DNA of 52,007 nt, taken from the NCBI GenBank assembly GCA_964400835.1, contig CAYNWD010000002.1, positions 25,604 through 77,610 on the forward strand, given 5' to 3'. Below, in pieces: positions 18,337 through 27,179 of the stretch (positions within the stretch are counted from its first letter, which is position 1; each line of letters starts with the position of its first letter). The translations under genes and the position numbers were made by a program. The stretch is from an uncultured Gammaproteobacteria bacterium (lineage in GTDB: Bacteria > Patescibacteriota > Microgenomatia > UBA10105 > UBA927). The notes under the pieces were generated by a model, which saw only the letters and a list, made by a program, of their open reading frames with translations, searched no databases and was not told the DNA's origin.

Positions 18337-19035
18337 TTAACCCTTTTTCCCCTTTCCACTGGACCGGTACGATCCTTTTTCATCGTCTCGAACGAGCTTC
18401 CCTTTGTCAGAGACGAGGGTGCGCTTCTTCATATGATCAACGATGCTAGCTTTGTGCGTCGCCATGACCACGGTCGTCCCGAGCTTGTTAATCGCACCCA
18501 ATACTTCCATAATTCCCCATGAAGTCACGGGGTCCAAATTTCCGGTCGGCTCGTCGGCCATAAGCACTTTCGGCCCGGCGACGATAGCCCGCGCTATGGC
18601 GACGCGCTGGTTTTCTCCGGCAGAAAGCTGAGCGGGAAAGTGCTTTGACTTATCAGGCAGTCCGACCAGTTCCAGAACTTCCTCGACTCGCCTGTGCATG
18701 TCTTTTTCCTGCTTTTGAAATATCTCTAGCCCTATGGCAATATTTTCAGACACGGTACGGTCGGCCAAAAGCTTAAAGTCCTGAAACACCATCCCGACAC
18801 TTCGCCGCAGCAAATGAATTTTTCCGGCGGGTATATGGCCGACATCCTTCTGGTCAAATAAAATTTTCCCCGTCGTCGGCAGAAGGTCGCGGATTACAAG
18901 GCGCAACAACGTCGTCTTTCCGGCACCCGATGGACCGATGAGAAACACAAACTGCCCCTTGTCTATAACCAGATTCACGTCTGAAAGGGCAGCCCCTGAC
19001 CCGAAATGCTTGGAAACATTGTCAAAGCGAATCAT
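18337..19035 (-). CDS. ftsE: Cell division ATP-binding protein FtsE
   Basis: Trimmed to MIRFDNVSKHFG. Walker A GPSGAGKTT, signature LSAGENQRV, Walker B LMADEPTGNLD. Confidence 0.9.
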   Translation of the reverse strand: MIRFDNVSKHFGSGAALSDVNLVIDKGQFVFLIGPSGAGKTTLLRLVIRDLLPTTGKILFDQKDVGHIPAGKIHLLRRSVGMVFQDFKLLADRTVSENIAIGLEIFQKQEKDMHRRVEEVLELVGLPDKSKHFPAQLSAGENQRVAIARAIVAGPKVLMADEPTGNLDPVTSWGIMEVLGAINKLGTTVVMATHKASIVDHMKKRTLVSDKGKLVRDDEKGSYRSSGKGKKG

Positions 19036-19138
19036 AGCGTGTCCGCGGAAAGTGAATTGCCAGTCCGGCACACTAAATTAGTGTACCACATTTATTTCAC
19101 CAAAAAGCACAAAAAATCAGGGATACCGTTATGAAGTA

Positions 19139-19624
19139 TTATTCCTTAAGAAGTTCAATCTTTCCGACGTCCATAAGCCAGCTGGCTTTTTGGGCCGCGA
19201 ATGTCTCGCCCCAGACTTTGACCTTCTTACCCACATATTGGTCTAAATCTATGACCGAGGATATGAGAAATGCTGTCTGTGACGGCCCGCCCTCGCGTAT
19301 AAGCCGATGGGTACCCTCTCCGTCCACACCGTCTTTTTCAATCACTCCCTCTGCTGAATCCTTGAAAGTCTTGGTATCCGTAACCCCTATGACATTGCCG
19401 GTTTGAATGATTTGCGTCTTGGCACCGATACCTTTGGCACCGACACGGTATTTACCCGAAAGCACAGAGCCCGTTGCGATACCGCCCAAAACCAGGAGTG
19501 CATAGACCACGCCGATGGTTATTTTTGTCTTTTTTTCCGCAGAATATTTTTCCATAGGCACAAGCACAGGACTCTGTGCGGCATCTTCGACTAAAGGTTC
19601 ACCAACCGGCTTTTGTGTGGTCAT
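19139..19624 (-). CDS. Hypothetical single-pass membrane protein
   Basis: ORF trimmed to MTTQKPV. One TM segment (ITIGVVYALLVLGGIATGSVL). No recognisable domain. Confidence 0.5.
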   Translation of the reverse strand: MTTQKPVGEPLVEDAAQSPVLVPMEKYSAEKKTKITIGVVYALLVLGGIATGSVLSGKYRVGAKGIGAKTQIIQTGNVIGVTDTKTFKDSAEGVIEKDGVDGEGTHRLIREGGPSQTAFLISSVIDLDQYVGKKVKVWGETFAAQKASWLMDVGKIELLKE

Positions 19625-19651
19625 ACGGCGGCCACCACCCATTATCTCGCC

Positions 19652-20662
19652 TTAGGCAATTTTTTTCAAGTAGGCGATGACAAAGTCATCTATATCGCCG
19701 TCCAGCACCCGGTCCGTATTGTTGGTTTCGTGCTGGGTACGCAGATCCTTGACCATGTGATAGGGGTGCAAGACGTACGAACGGATCTGATTGCCCCAGC
19801 CGGGCGTTTTGTACGCGCCTTTTATAGTCTTTTCTTCTGCCAGGCGCTTGGCGACATCGATTTCCCATAATTTCGCCCGCAAGATCTTGAGCGCGGTTTC
19901 TCTATTTTGTCCCTGGTAGCGCTGCGCCTGACTCGTCACGATGATCCCGGTCGGCGTGTGCGTGAGCCGGACTGCCGTTGAGACTTTATTGACGTTCTGG
20001 CCTCCTTTACCGCCGGAGCGGTAAAAATCCCACTGGAGATCATCATCCTTTATCGCGGGGCCCGGCTCGTCTTCCGCCACCGGCAGGACCGCCGCCATGG
20101 CAAATGACGTCGGCCGGGGCTTATCCGCGTTGAAGGGCGACTGCCGGACGAGCCGGTGTACCCCGGCCTCGGCCTTTAAAAATCCGTATGCATAACGCCC
20201 GGAAACCTCCAGAACCACGCTCTTGGTCCCCGCCTCTTCACCCGGTGTTTCCTCCAGAATCTCGCTTGCCCACCCCTTCCGCTCAATGTACCTTCCATAC
20301 ATCCGAAAAAGCATGGCAGTCCAGTCCATTGCCTCGGTCCCTCCTTGGCCTGCATGAAGAGCCAGAATCGCATCTCCCCGATCATACGGACCCGACAGGT
20401 ACAGGGCAAACTCCAACCGGTCCAGCTCGGCCGCAAGCTCCGTCTCATTCCCCTCTTCCATGAGCAGTTCCAGCATCTCTCCCTCGCCAATCTCGTGGGC
20501 AAGCTCAGACAACCGCTTCATTTTTTTGGCGGCAACCTGCGGTTCGTTCCAGAACCCCTCCTTCATGGACTCCGCTTCAAGCTCCCGCATGTTGCGGCGC
20601 TTTTGGTCCATGTCAAGCTTGGCGAGTATGTCCTTTGCCCGTTGAATAATCTCTTCGGTCAT
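19652..20662 (-). CDS. prfB: Peptide chain release factor 2, encoded in a single frame
   Basis: SGGKGGQNVNKVSTAV (GGQ) and SPF motif (QSPFNA). 336 aa. No in-frame UGA frameshift site. Confidence 0.9.
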   Translation of the reverse strand: MTEEIIQRAKDILAKLDMDQKRRNMRELEAESMKEGFWNEPQVAAKKMKRLSELAHEIGEGEMLELLMEEGNETELAAELDRLEFALYLSGPYDRGDAILALHAGQGGTEAMDWTAMLFRMYGRYIERKGWASEILEETPGEEAGTKSVVLEVSGRYAYGFLKAEAGVHRLVRQSPFNADKPRPTSFAMAAVLPVAEDEPGPAIKDDDLQWDFYRSGGKGGQNVNKVSTAVRLTHTPTGIIVTSQAQRYQGQNRETALKILRAKLWEIDVAKRLAEEKTIKGAYKTPGWGNQIRSYVLHPYHMVKDLRTQHETNNTDRVLDGDIDDFVIAYLKKIA

Positions 20663-20691
20663 GAAGCAATTGTAACAAAAAGCCGGGTGCG

Positions 20692-21453
20692 TTACTCAGA
20701 AGGAAGTATCCACACAACCACGACACCCAAGAGAATCGCGGCGATATGTACAAGAGATCCTACCGATGACCGCCGCCTATGAAGCTCCGGAATAAGGTCA
20801 CTCATAGCTATGTAGAGAAAATTACCGGCGGCAAATGGCACAAGAGGAGGCACGAACGCATCGCTCCTTGTAGAAACGAACAATACCAAAATAGCGCCGG
20901 CGATGGCGGTCGTCGCGGAGAGAAAATTATACAGAAGCGCCTTCCCGCTGCTAAAACCGCTGTGCAGGAGTATAGTAAAGTCTGCAAGTTCGTGCGGAAT
21001 TTCGTGAGCGATGATGGCCAAGGTTGCCGACATGCCCAGAGGCACCGACACCAGAAACGCGGTCGCAATTATCGTACCGTCAACAAAGTTGTGTATCGCG
21101 TCTCCCACCAACGAAAGATAGCCGACCGCCTTTTGTTCAACTGGATGGTCGCCTTCCACATGGTGATGCCATTGCAAGAGCTTCTCCAGGGAAAAAAATG
21201 TCAGGATCCCGACCAGCACATATCCGAAAGTTGCATCGGGTAAAAGTTCGAGGCTCTCGGGAAGCAAATCCAAAAATGTACTCCCCAAAAGAACGCCGGA
21301 AGAGAACGCCAGAATGGTCGTCATCATTTTTGTGACGAGCGTGCGCTTCACTACCAAAAACACTGCTCCCAAAAGGGATAGGAGACTCACAATCATGACC
21401 GAAAGGAGCGTCCACCAGATAATCATATGCGCGACTCCGTACAATTGCGGCAC
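20692..21453 (-). CDS. ZIP family divalent metal (zinc) transporter
   Basis: HEIPHELADFTILL motif. Eight hydrophobic segments. Overlaps the Fur-family gene upstream. Confidence 0.85.
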   Translation of the reverse strand: MPQLYGVAHMIIWWTLLSVMIVSLLSLLGAVFLVVKRTLVTKMMTTILAFSSGVLLGSTFLDLLPESLELLPDATFGYVLVGILTFFSLEKLLQWHHHVEGDHPVEQKAVGYLSLVGDAIHNFVDGTIIATAFLVSVPLGMSATLAIIAHEIPHELADFTILLHSGFSSGKALLYNFLSATTAIAGAILVLFVSTRSDAFVPPLVPFAAGNFLYIAMSDLIPELHRRRSSVGSLVHIAAILLGVVVVWILPSE

Positions 21454-21863
21454 AGGCCAAAAAATTCCAGCGAGTGCCTTCGTACCTTTACTCCCTTTGA
21501 CTTCTCGAGAACTTTTTCCGTGCTCGCGACATTACAACTGGTTACATCAAAAACATCTCCGCACTCGTCGCAAATAAAATGATGATGCTTTGGCTTATCG
21601 GCATACTCGTACCGGAGTTTCCCTTCCTGAAACTGAACGGACCTGACAATTCCTTTTTTTATGAATGTCTGCAAGATGCGAAATACCGTCGCTGTATCTG
21701 CCCGTACCCTGCGGCGCCTTAAGTACTCTATGACCGCCGCTGAGTCAACCGGCATTTCGGAGTGCTCAAGCGCTTCTAATACTCCCAATCGAGCGGGAGT
21801 CGCCCGCAAACTCATCCGATGGAGCTCTTCATTGCAATCGTGTTTTGTCACCGATGGGATCAT
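21423..21863 (-). CDS. zur: Fur family transcriptional regulator, probably Zur
   Basis: Trimmed to MIPSVTKHD. Winged-helix segment ATVFRILQTFIKKGIV and HHHFICDECGDVFDV metal site. Forms an operon with the ZIP transporter. Confidence 0.8.
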   Translation of the reverse strand: MIPSVTKHDCNEELHRMSLRATPARLGVLEALEHSEMPVDSAAVIEYLRRRRVRADTATVFRILQTFIKKGIVRSVQFQEGKLRYEYADKPKHHHFICDECGDVFDVTSCNVASTEKVLEKSKGVKVRRHSLEFFGLCRNCTESRI

Positions 21864-21870
21864 CTGAAAA

Positions 21871-21899
21871 AGTATATGCAAGTGACTTGCATTTGTCAA
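21871..21899 (-). promoter_or_regulatory. Promoter TTGACA-17-TATACT with a perfect 8-1-8 palindrome (ATGCAAGT G ACTTGCAT, 21876..21892) filling the spacer: putative Zur/Fur box
   Basis: The minus strand reads TTGACAAATGCAAGTCACTTGCATATACTTTTTCAGATG. The -10 ends 7 nt before the zur ATG, giving leaderless geometry. Confidence 0.7.
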
Positions 21900-22276
21900 G
21901 GGGCGGATACCGGCGGCTTGCAAATGGCTTGCTCCAGAATTTGCTTCTGATCTTGAGGCAGTTTGTCTATTTGAGAAATAATTTGTGAAACGGCCCGGTT
22001 CGTTATTTCTTGAGCAATTTTTTCCGTTACGACACTACCGGCTTGTTGGGTAAGTGTACCGGCCAGAGAAGATACATTAAGCGGCTCAACACTTCCCTCG
22101 TCTGCGACTCCCAAAACCATTGCTGCCTGTTGCCCAATGGGGGTTTGCATCACAATTTCACGCACCTGGGTGAGCTGGGCCGGCCGGGGCTGGGTAGTAA
22201 ATTTCGGCCACAGCAGGCTGGTCGCCGAAACCACGACCCCGGTCCCCAGAAGTGCTACAAAAAATTGGAAGATCAT
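21896..22276 (-). CDS. Hypothetical membrane-anchored protein
   Basis: Start chosen at MIFQFFVALLGTG, with GGAG 9 nt upstream. The track start at 22327 is a GTG inside the likely promoter. No recognisable domain. Confidence 0.45.
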   Translation of the reverse strand: MIFQFFVALLGTGVVVSATSLLWPKFTTQPRPAQLTQVREIVMQTPIGQQAAMVLGVADEGSVEPLNVSSLAGTLTQQAGSVVTEKIAQEITNRAVSQIISQIDKLPQDQKQILEQAICKPPVSAP

Positions 22277-22351
22277 ACCACTCGTCTCCACCTCCAGTAT
22301 ACGATATTTTGGTGTGGTAAACTGCACCCGGGCGTGCTATAAACGAAAGAC

Positions 22352-22864
22352 ATGGTCATCTTTGGCATAGATCCGGGAACCGCGCGGGTGGGGTGGGCAG
22401 TCATCGAGTCAGGAAAAAACGGCTTCTCTGCCAGAATCTATGGCTGCATAGAAACGGATAAGCTAGAAACACCGCAGGCGCGCCTCTTGACTATCTACAA
22501 TGAGCTCATGCCGCTTGTGGGCAAACACAAGCCGGATCATATAAGTATAGAGGAATTATTTTTTGCGACCAACGCCAAGACAGTCATGGCCGTGGGCCAG
22601 GCAAGGGGTGTGGTTATACTTACAGCCGCCCAGCACAATATTCCGGTCACGTCCTATTCTCCGCCGTCGGTAAAGCTGACCATTTGCGGCAACGGCCGCG
22701 CGGACAAAAAAGACGTCCAAAAGCAAATAACGAAACTCCTGCGCCTGCGTGAGGTCCCCAAGCCCGATGACACCGCGGACGCACTCGCCATTGCACTCAC
22801 CCACGCATACAGGCTCAACGGCATCAACACAAAGAAACTAATAAAGAAGAAAACAAAAACCTAG
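22352..22864 (+). CDS. ruvC: Crossover junction endodeoxyribonuclease RuvC
   Basis: MVIFGIDPGTARVGWAVIE and the DDTADALAIALTHA catalytic acidic motifs. Confidence 0.9.
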   Translation: MVIFGIDPGTARVGWAVIESGKNGFSARIYGCIETDKLETPQARLLTIYNELMPLVGKHKPDHISIEELFFATNAKTVMAVGQARGVVILTAAQHNIPVTSYSPPSVKLTICGNGRADKKDVQKQITKLLRLREVPKPDDTADALAIALTHAYRLNGINTKKLIKKKTKT

Positions 22865-23637
22865 AGGTTCGCCCAGTCGTTTTGCGCTTCAAACAGCTTG
22901 TCGTGGAACTCCCAAAACTTTCCCTGATCCTTGGCACACTCTGACGCTTCTGCCGTCTTTTGGGCGCGCGGGTGAATGGTGACCAGGGGGAAGTGTTTGT
23001 ACACAAACTGGACCTTGCCGCTATATTCACGAAGAATCTGCTGGACAGTCGGGAACGCCCGGGCACAGAACGGACACTGAAAGTCAGAGTATTCGATAAC
23101 CGTGACCGGTGCTCCACTCGTTCCTTTTGTGGACGCGGTGCCGACACTCACTGCCTTGGGAACCGGAACGAATCCCCCCTCCCGCGCCGCATCCTGAAGT
23201 GTTTGTGAATAATCCGCAGGATCGGTCGACCCGGTACCGGCAATCTCTTTGTCTATAATTTCTTTAAAGCTTTCAAACGGAAACGCACCGGCAAGCAGTT
23301 TGCCGTTGACAAAAAACCCGGGTGTTCCGGACACACCGAGTTTTTCTCCCTCCGCCGTATCCGCCTGCACCACCGCTTGCTTTTCACCGGAATTCATACA
23401 GCTGACGAGTTTTTTGGCGTCGAGTCCTGCCTCTTTGGCCAAGGCACTCATTGCGTCTTCAAATGATTTATATTTTCCCTGGGCTGCTGCCTGGCCCTGG
23501 GTCGCGCTCCCGGCCGGCACTCCCTTTTCCAGATACTGCACCTTGGTGAAAAGAGAGCCGATGAGAAATGACGCAATGATAAGAAGAACAACGAGGATAC
23601 TCTGCGTGTTTATGGTTTTTTTCGCAACTTCAGCCAT
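22861..23637 (-). CDS. DsbA-family thioredoxin-fold thiol:disulfide oxidoreductase, membrane anchored
   Basis: N-terminal TM segment. EYSDFQCPFCARAF CxxC motif. Confidence 0.85.
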   Translation of the reverse strand: MAEVAKKTINTQSILVVLLIIASFLIGSLFTKVQYLEKGVPAGSATQGQAAAQGKYKSFEDAMSALAKEAGLDAKKLVSCMNSGEKQAVVQADTAEGEKLGVSGTPGFFVNGKLLAGAFPFESFKEIIDKEIAGTGSTDPADYSQTLQDAAREGGFVPVPKAVSVGTASTKGTSGAPVTVIEYSDFQCPFCARAFPTVQQILREYSGKVQFVYKHFPLVTIHPRAQKTAEASECAKDQGKFWEFHDKLFEAQNDWANL

Positions 23638-23686
23638 AGAATACGTATTACAATATATTCTGGAGAATATTGCAAGGGGTCAATGA

Positions 23687-24871
23687 TCAATACGTCAGCG
23701 ATAGCCTCTGGCCTTTAAAGTCGACAAATCCCTCATCATAATCCACTTTCCACGCGCCCCCCTCCGGAAGGGGAATTTTTCCGTATCCGTTGGGGACGTC
23801 TATGACAAAACGCGCGGTCGCCGCGACACCGGACAGCTTGGGCCGCAGCGCCTGCCACATCCGAATTGCTTTCTTTATCGGCACGGTAAAATGCTGCGCC
23901 CAGTACACGGGATCATTTTGGTAGACGTAATACGGAATAATTCCCTCCCCGGCAAGCTCCGTAAAAAGTTTGTATAACGTTTCCGCACGGTCGTTGACTC
24001 CCTTGAGGAGCACTGTTTGGGTCATGACAACCGCACCCGCTTCCCGGCGAAATCGCTCCAAAACTCCCCGCATCTGCGGAGTAAGCTCCAACGGATGATT
24101 CACATGCACCATAAGCCGCAGGTTGCGTATTTGCTTCGCCGCCTCAATGTGATCATCCCGCACGATAAGCGGATTGTGCACCGGCACGCGTGTCCCGATG
24201 CGGACGATACTGAGCTTTCCGACCCGCTGCAGCTCCCCGAGTTTGCCCAACACATAATGGAGAACTTTGGGGTGAACGGTCAGCGGGTCTCCGCCGGAAA
24301 GAATAATCTCATTGAGTCCGGGCTCTTTTTCGATAAACGAGAGCGTCTCATCTATCTGATCCATAAGAAGATGCGGCGTGTTGGCAAGAGCTGCGTCGCT
24401 GACCCCTTTATGCCCGGAAGGAATTCCCACTTCCCGGCCTCTGGTACAAAATCTGCAGTACGCCGCGCAATACCGGGTAATGGTCCACAGCGCGCGGCCG
24501 TAGTGGGCAAAGGGTTTCTTTGTTTTTTTCTTTGTGTTGCTTTGATATTTGTACACGAGTCCTGGAGCTACCTCATGGTGATCTTCCATGAGCGGATCCT
24601 TCATGCCGCTTTTGAAATACCGCCGTTCCAGATGCGGGCGCGATACAAATTGCCGGCCGATCGGCCCGTCGGGACCGCCGGTGCGGGAAATAAGATCTGA
24701 CAGATACGGCGGAAATATCTCAGGCAGTCCGCCGTGCGGAAGCATCACCTTGGTTCCGCGGGGAGTGAGTGCGGATTTTAACGGTGACACCGGAGGAGCT
24801 GCTGTTTGTAACATATCAAACAACAAAATATTCGCTAAAAATACACTAAAGATTTTTTGACCGTGTGTCAA
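23687..24871 (-). CDS. KamA family radical SAM protein (lysine 2,3-aminomutase / EpmB-like)
   Basis: CAAYCRFCTRG (CxxxCxxC) and the GGDPL motif. The start is uncertain: TTG at 24871 or ATG at 24814. Confidence 0.8.
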   Translation of the reverse strand: MTHGQKIFSVFLANILLFDMLQTAAPPVSPLKSALTPRGTKVMLPHGGLPEIFPPYLSDLISRTGGPDGPIGRQFVSRPHLERRYFKSGMKDPLMEDHHEVAPGLVYKYQSNTKKKTKKPFAHYGRALWTITRYCAAYCRFCTRGREVGIPSGHKGVSDAALANTPHLLMDQIDETLSFIEKEPGLNEIILSGGDPLTVHPKVLHYVLGKLGELQRVGKLSIVRIGTRVPVHNPLIVRDDHIEAAKQIRNLRLMVHVNHPLELTPQMRGVLERFRREAGAVVMTQTVLLKGVNDRAETLYKLFTELAGEGIIPYYVYQNDPVYWAQHFTVPIKKAIRMWQALRPKLSGVAATARFVIDVPNGYGKIPLPEGGAWKVDYDEGFVDFKGQRLSLTY

Positions 24872-24904
24872 TAACGAGTGCTGCGGCGCATCGAGATTGG
24901 GTCG

Positions 24905-25339
24905 TTACTGCGGGTTTTTTAAAAGGAGTATCGTGGGAGGTTTGGTATTATAATCCGTGAATCTCCACCAGGTCGGCGCAAACACGAGAAACACCGTTGC
25001 CGGATCATTTTTATATTGGGCCGCATTCGGGTGTTTTGCATAATGCACCGCGTGAATTGAGGGAAGTTCGTCTTTTCTGTGGATGCGGATATCACCGTCA
25101 AGCTGCAGCGTCACCCACTCTTCTTCGCTGAAACCGATTACGACCGAAGCCTTTCCGTCCGATCCGTCCAGAAGCGCTTCACACTTTTTGCCGGTGTTTT
25201 CAACGGAAAAATACAAAACCGGCGGATTGCCGCTGTGGGAATAGTGAAGTGCGGCTGCGTGCGGCGACCCGTCCGGCAAAAGTGTCGTCAGCGAACACAC
25301 GCGGTGTTTCGCCAAAAAATCAAAAATTTTCTGATCCAT
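24905..25339 (-). CDS. Pyridoxamine 5'-phosphate oxidase-like FMN-binding split-barrel protein
   Basis: Track ORF trimmed to MDQKIFDFLAKHRVCSLTTLLPDGSPHAAALHY. The longer ORF would run across the divergent promoter region. Confidence 0.7.
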   Translation of the reverse strand: MDQKIFDFLAKHRVCSLTTLLPDGSPHAAALHYSHSGNPPVLYFSVENTGKKCEALLDGSDGKASVVIGFSEEEWVTLQLDGDIRIHRKDELPSIHAVHYAKHPNAAQYKNDPATVFLVFAPTWWRFTDYNTKPPTILLLKNPQ

Positions 25340-25444
25340 ACAAAATGCTGCCTGAATTATACCCCACCGACACAAGCAACAAAGAATTACTAGTATACAT
25401 ACTATAGGATTTTTGGGGACTTTGGGGTATAATAGAGCCCTCTT

Positions 25445-26461
25445 ATGAAAAAGCTTTTGGCCAAATACCGCCGGGTCGGAATCGTGGTTCTCGTTTTCCT
25501 CCTCCTCGTTTTGGGCATTCGAAACCGGCTTTCGGCTGGAAAAGAAAAGAGCATTGAGCGCTACACCGTCGGCCGCCAAACTTTGCAAAAAACACTCACC
25601 CTCTCGGGCAGTATTGAGGCAGAAGTGACGGCTACCCTGCGGTTTCCCATATCGGGAAAGCTTGTGTGGGTCGGGGTCAGAGAGGGTGATGAAGTAAAAG
25701 CCTACCAGACTCTCGCGTCGCTTGACGTGCGAGAAACACAGAAAAAACTCGAGCGGCAGCTGCAAAGCTACCTCAAAACGCGTTGGGATTTTGAGCAGAC
25801 CGCAGATGATTATGAAGGGAAAATTCTGACGGACGCCATAAAGCGGATTCTCGAAAAATCACAGTTTGACCTCAACACCAGTGTCCTTGACGTCGAAATA
25901 CAACATCTCGCGCTGGAGTTGGCAAGCCTGGTAAGCCCCATACCTGGCATTGTCACCCGCGTAACTACTCCCGTCGCCGGCGTCTATATTTCGCCGACCA
26001 ATGCGGAATTTGACGTCGTGGACCCGGCGAGCTTTTACCTGTCCGTCCACGCCGACCAGACGGAAGTAACAGAGCTTACCGAGGGCATGGAGGCCACTAT
26101 CACTTTCGACGCGTTTCCCTCCCAGCGCGTGAGCGGTATCGTCAAAAAAATTTCGTACATACCCAGCCAAAACGAGACCGGCACTGTCTATGAAGTGTTC
26201 ATCGCGTTTCCCTTCGATCAGAGTGTTCGGACGCAATACCGTCTGGGCATGACCGCAGACGTCTCGTTTACGGTTTCTGAAAAACCCGATGTCCTCGCTA
26301 TCCCGCCGGAATTTCTCCTGGAAGAAAACGGGCAACCCTACGTATACAAGGAAACCGCCGGAAAAACCCAACAGACACCCGTGACAGCAGGCGAGGAATA
26401 CGATACCTTACAGGAAATTCTCACGGGGGTATCGGAGGGCGATGTACTCCGTAAAAAGTAA
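25445..26461 (+). CDS. Efflux transporter periplasmic adaptor (HlyD/MacA-like)
   Basis: N-terminal TM segment, coiled-coil hairpin and beta-barrel segments. Followed by the ABC ATPase and permease. Confidence 0.8.
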   Translation: MKKLLAKYRRVGIVVLVFLLLVLGIRNRLSAGKEKSIERYTVGRQTLQKTLTLSGSIEAEVTATLRFPISGKLVWVGVREGDEVKAYQTLASLDVRETQKKLERQLQSYLKTRWDFEQTADDYEGKILTDAIKRILEKSQFDLNTSVLDVEIQHLALELASLVSPIPGIVTRVTTPVAGVYISPTNAEFDVVDPASFYLSVHADQTEVTELTEGMEATITFDAFPSQRVSGIVKKISYIPSQNETGTVYEVFIAFPFDQSVRTQYRLGMTADVSFTVSEKPDVLAIPPEFLLEENGQPYVYKETAGKTQQTPVTAGEEYDTLQEILTGVSEGDVLRKK

Positions 26462-26494
26462 AGTTTTCGCACGCGGTGCGCCCTCCTATAAATT

Positions 26495-27175
26495 ATGATT
26501 GCGCTCGAGCGTGTCTCCAAAACATATCAGCCCACCCACGATACGGTTTTCCACGCCCTGCAGGATATTTCTCTGACCATAAAGGCCGGTGAATTTGTCG
26601 CCATCATGGGGCCTTCGGGTTCCGGCAAGTCTACGCTTATGCATCTTCTCGGCCTCCTCGACAAGCCGACAACCGGGGTGGTCACCGTGCGGAATCAAAA
26701 CATTGCCGGCCGCTCCGACAGCGAGCTTTCCCTCCTGCGGCAGCAATTCGTGGGTTTTGTTTTTCAGCAGTTTAACCTCATCCACAAGCTTACCGTCGCG
26801 GAAAATATACTTCTGCCGACCATCTACGCGCGAACTGCACTGGACTTTGATCCGGCTAGCCGCTGCCGCGAGCTTCTTGGCAAACTCGGGTTATCGGACA
26901 AAGCAGACATGTATCCCAACCAGCTTTCCGGCGGCCAGCAACAGCGCGTCGCCATAGCGCGGGCACTCATCATGGCGCCGAGCCTGATCCTGGCAGATGA
27001 GCCCACGGGAAACCTCGACACCAAAACCGGTAAAGAAATACTCGATCTCCTCGTTTCTCTTAACAGAGTCGAAAAACTCACTGTCGTCCTGGTGACGCAC
27101 GACCCCTCCGTCGCCAAAAGGGCCAAACGGATCGTCAGAATCCGCGACGGCAAACTCGTCCGCCAAAAAACATAA
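26495..27175 (+). CDS. ABC transporter ATP-binding protein (MacB/LolD type)
   Basis: GPSGSGKSTLM Walker A, LSGGQQQRVAIARAL signature, ILADEPTGNLD Walker B. Confidence 0.9.
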   Translation: MIALERVSKTYQPTHDTVFHALQDISLTIKAGEFVAIMGPSGSGKSTLMHLLGLLDKPTTGVVTVRNQNIAGRSDSELSLLRQQFVGFVFQQFNLIHKLTVAENILLPTIYARTALDFDPASRCRELLGKLGLSDKADMYPNQLSGGQQQRVAIARALIMAPSLILADEPTGNLDTKTGKEILDLLVSLNRVEKLTVVLVTHDPSVAKRAKRIVRIRDGKLVRQKT

Positions 27176-27179
27176 ACCC

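Noticed and set aside
19652-20662. Expected programmed +1 frameshift site in prfB.
   Set aside because: RF2 is encoded as one uninterrupted ORF from MTEEIIQRAK. There is no internal in-frame UGA with a CUU U context. A sizeable minority of bacteria lack the frameshift, so this is not unusual.
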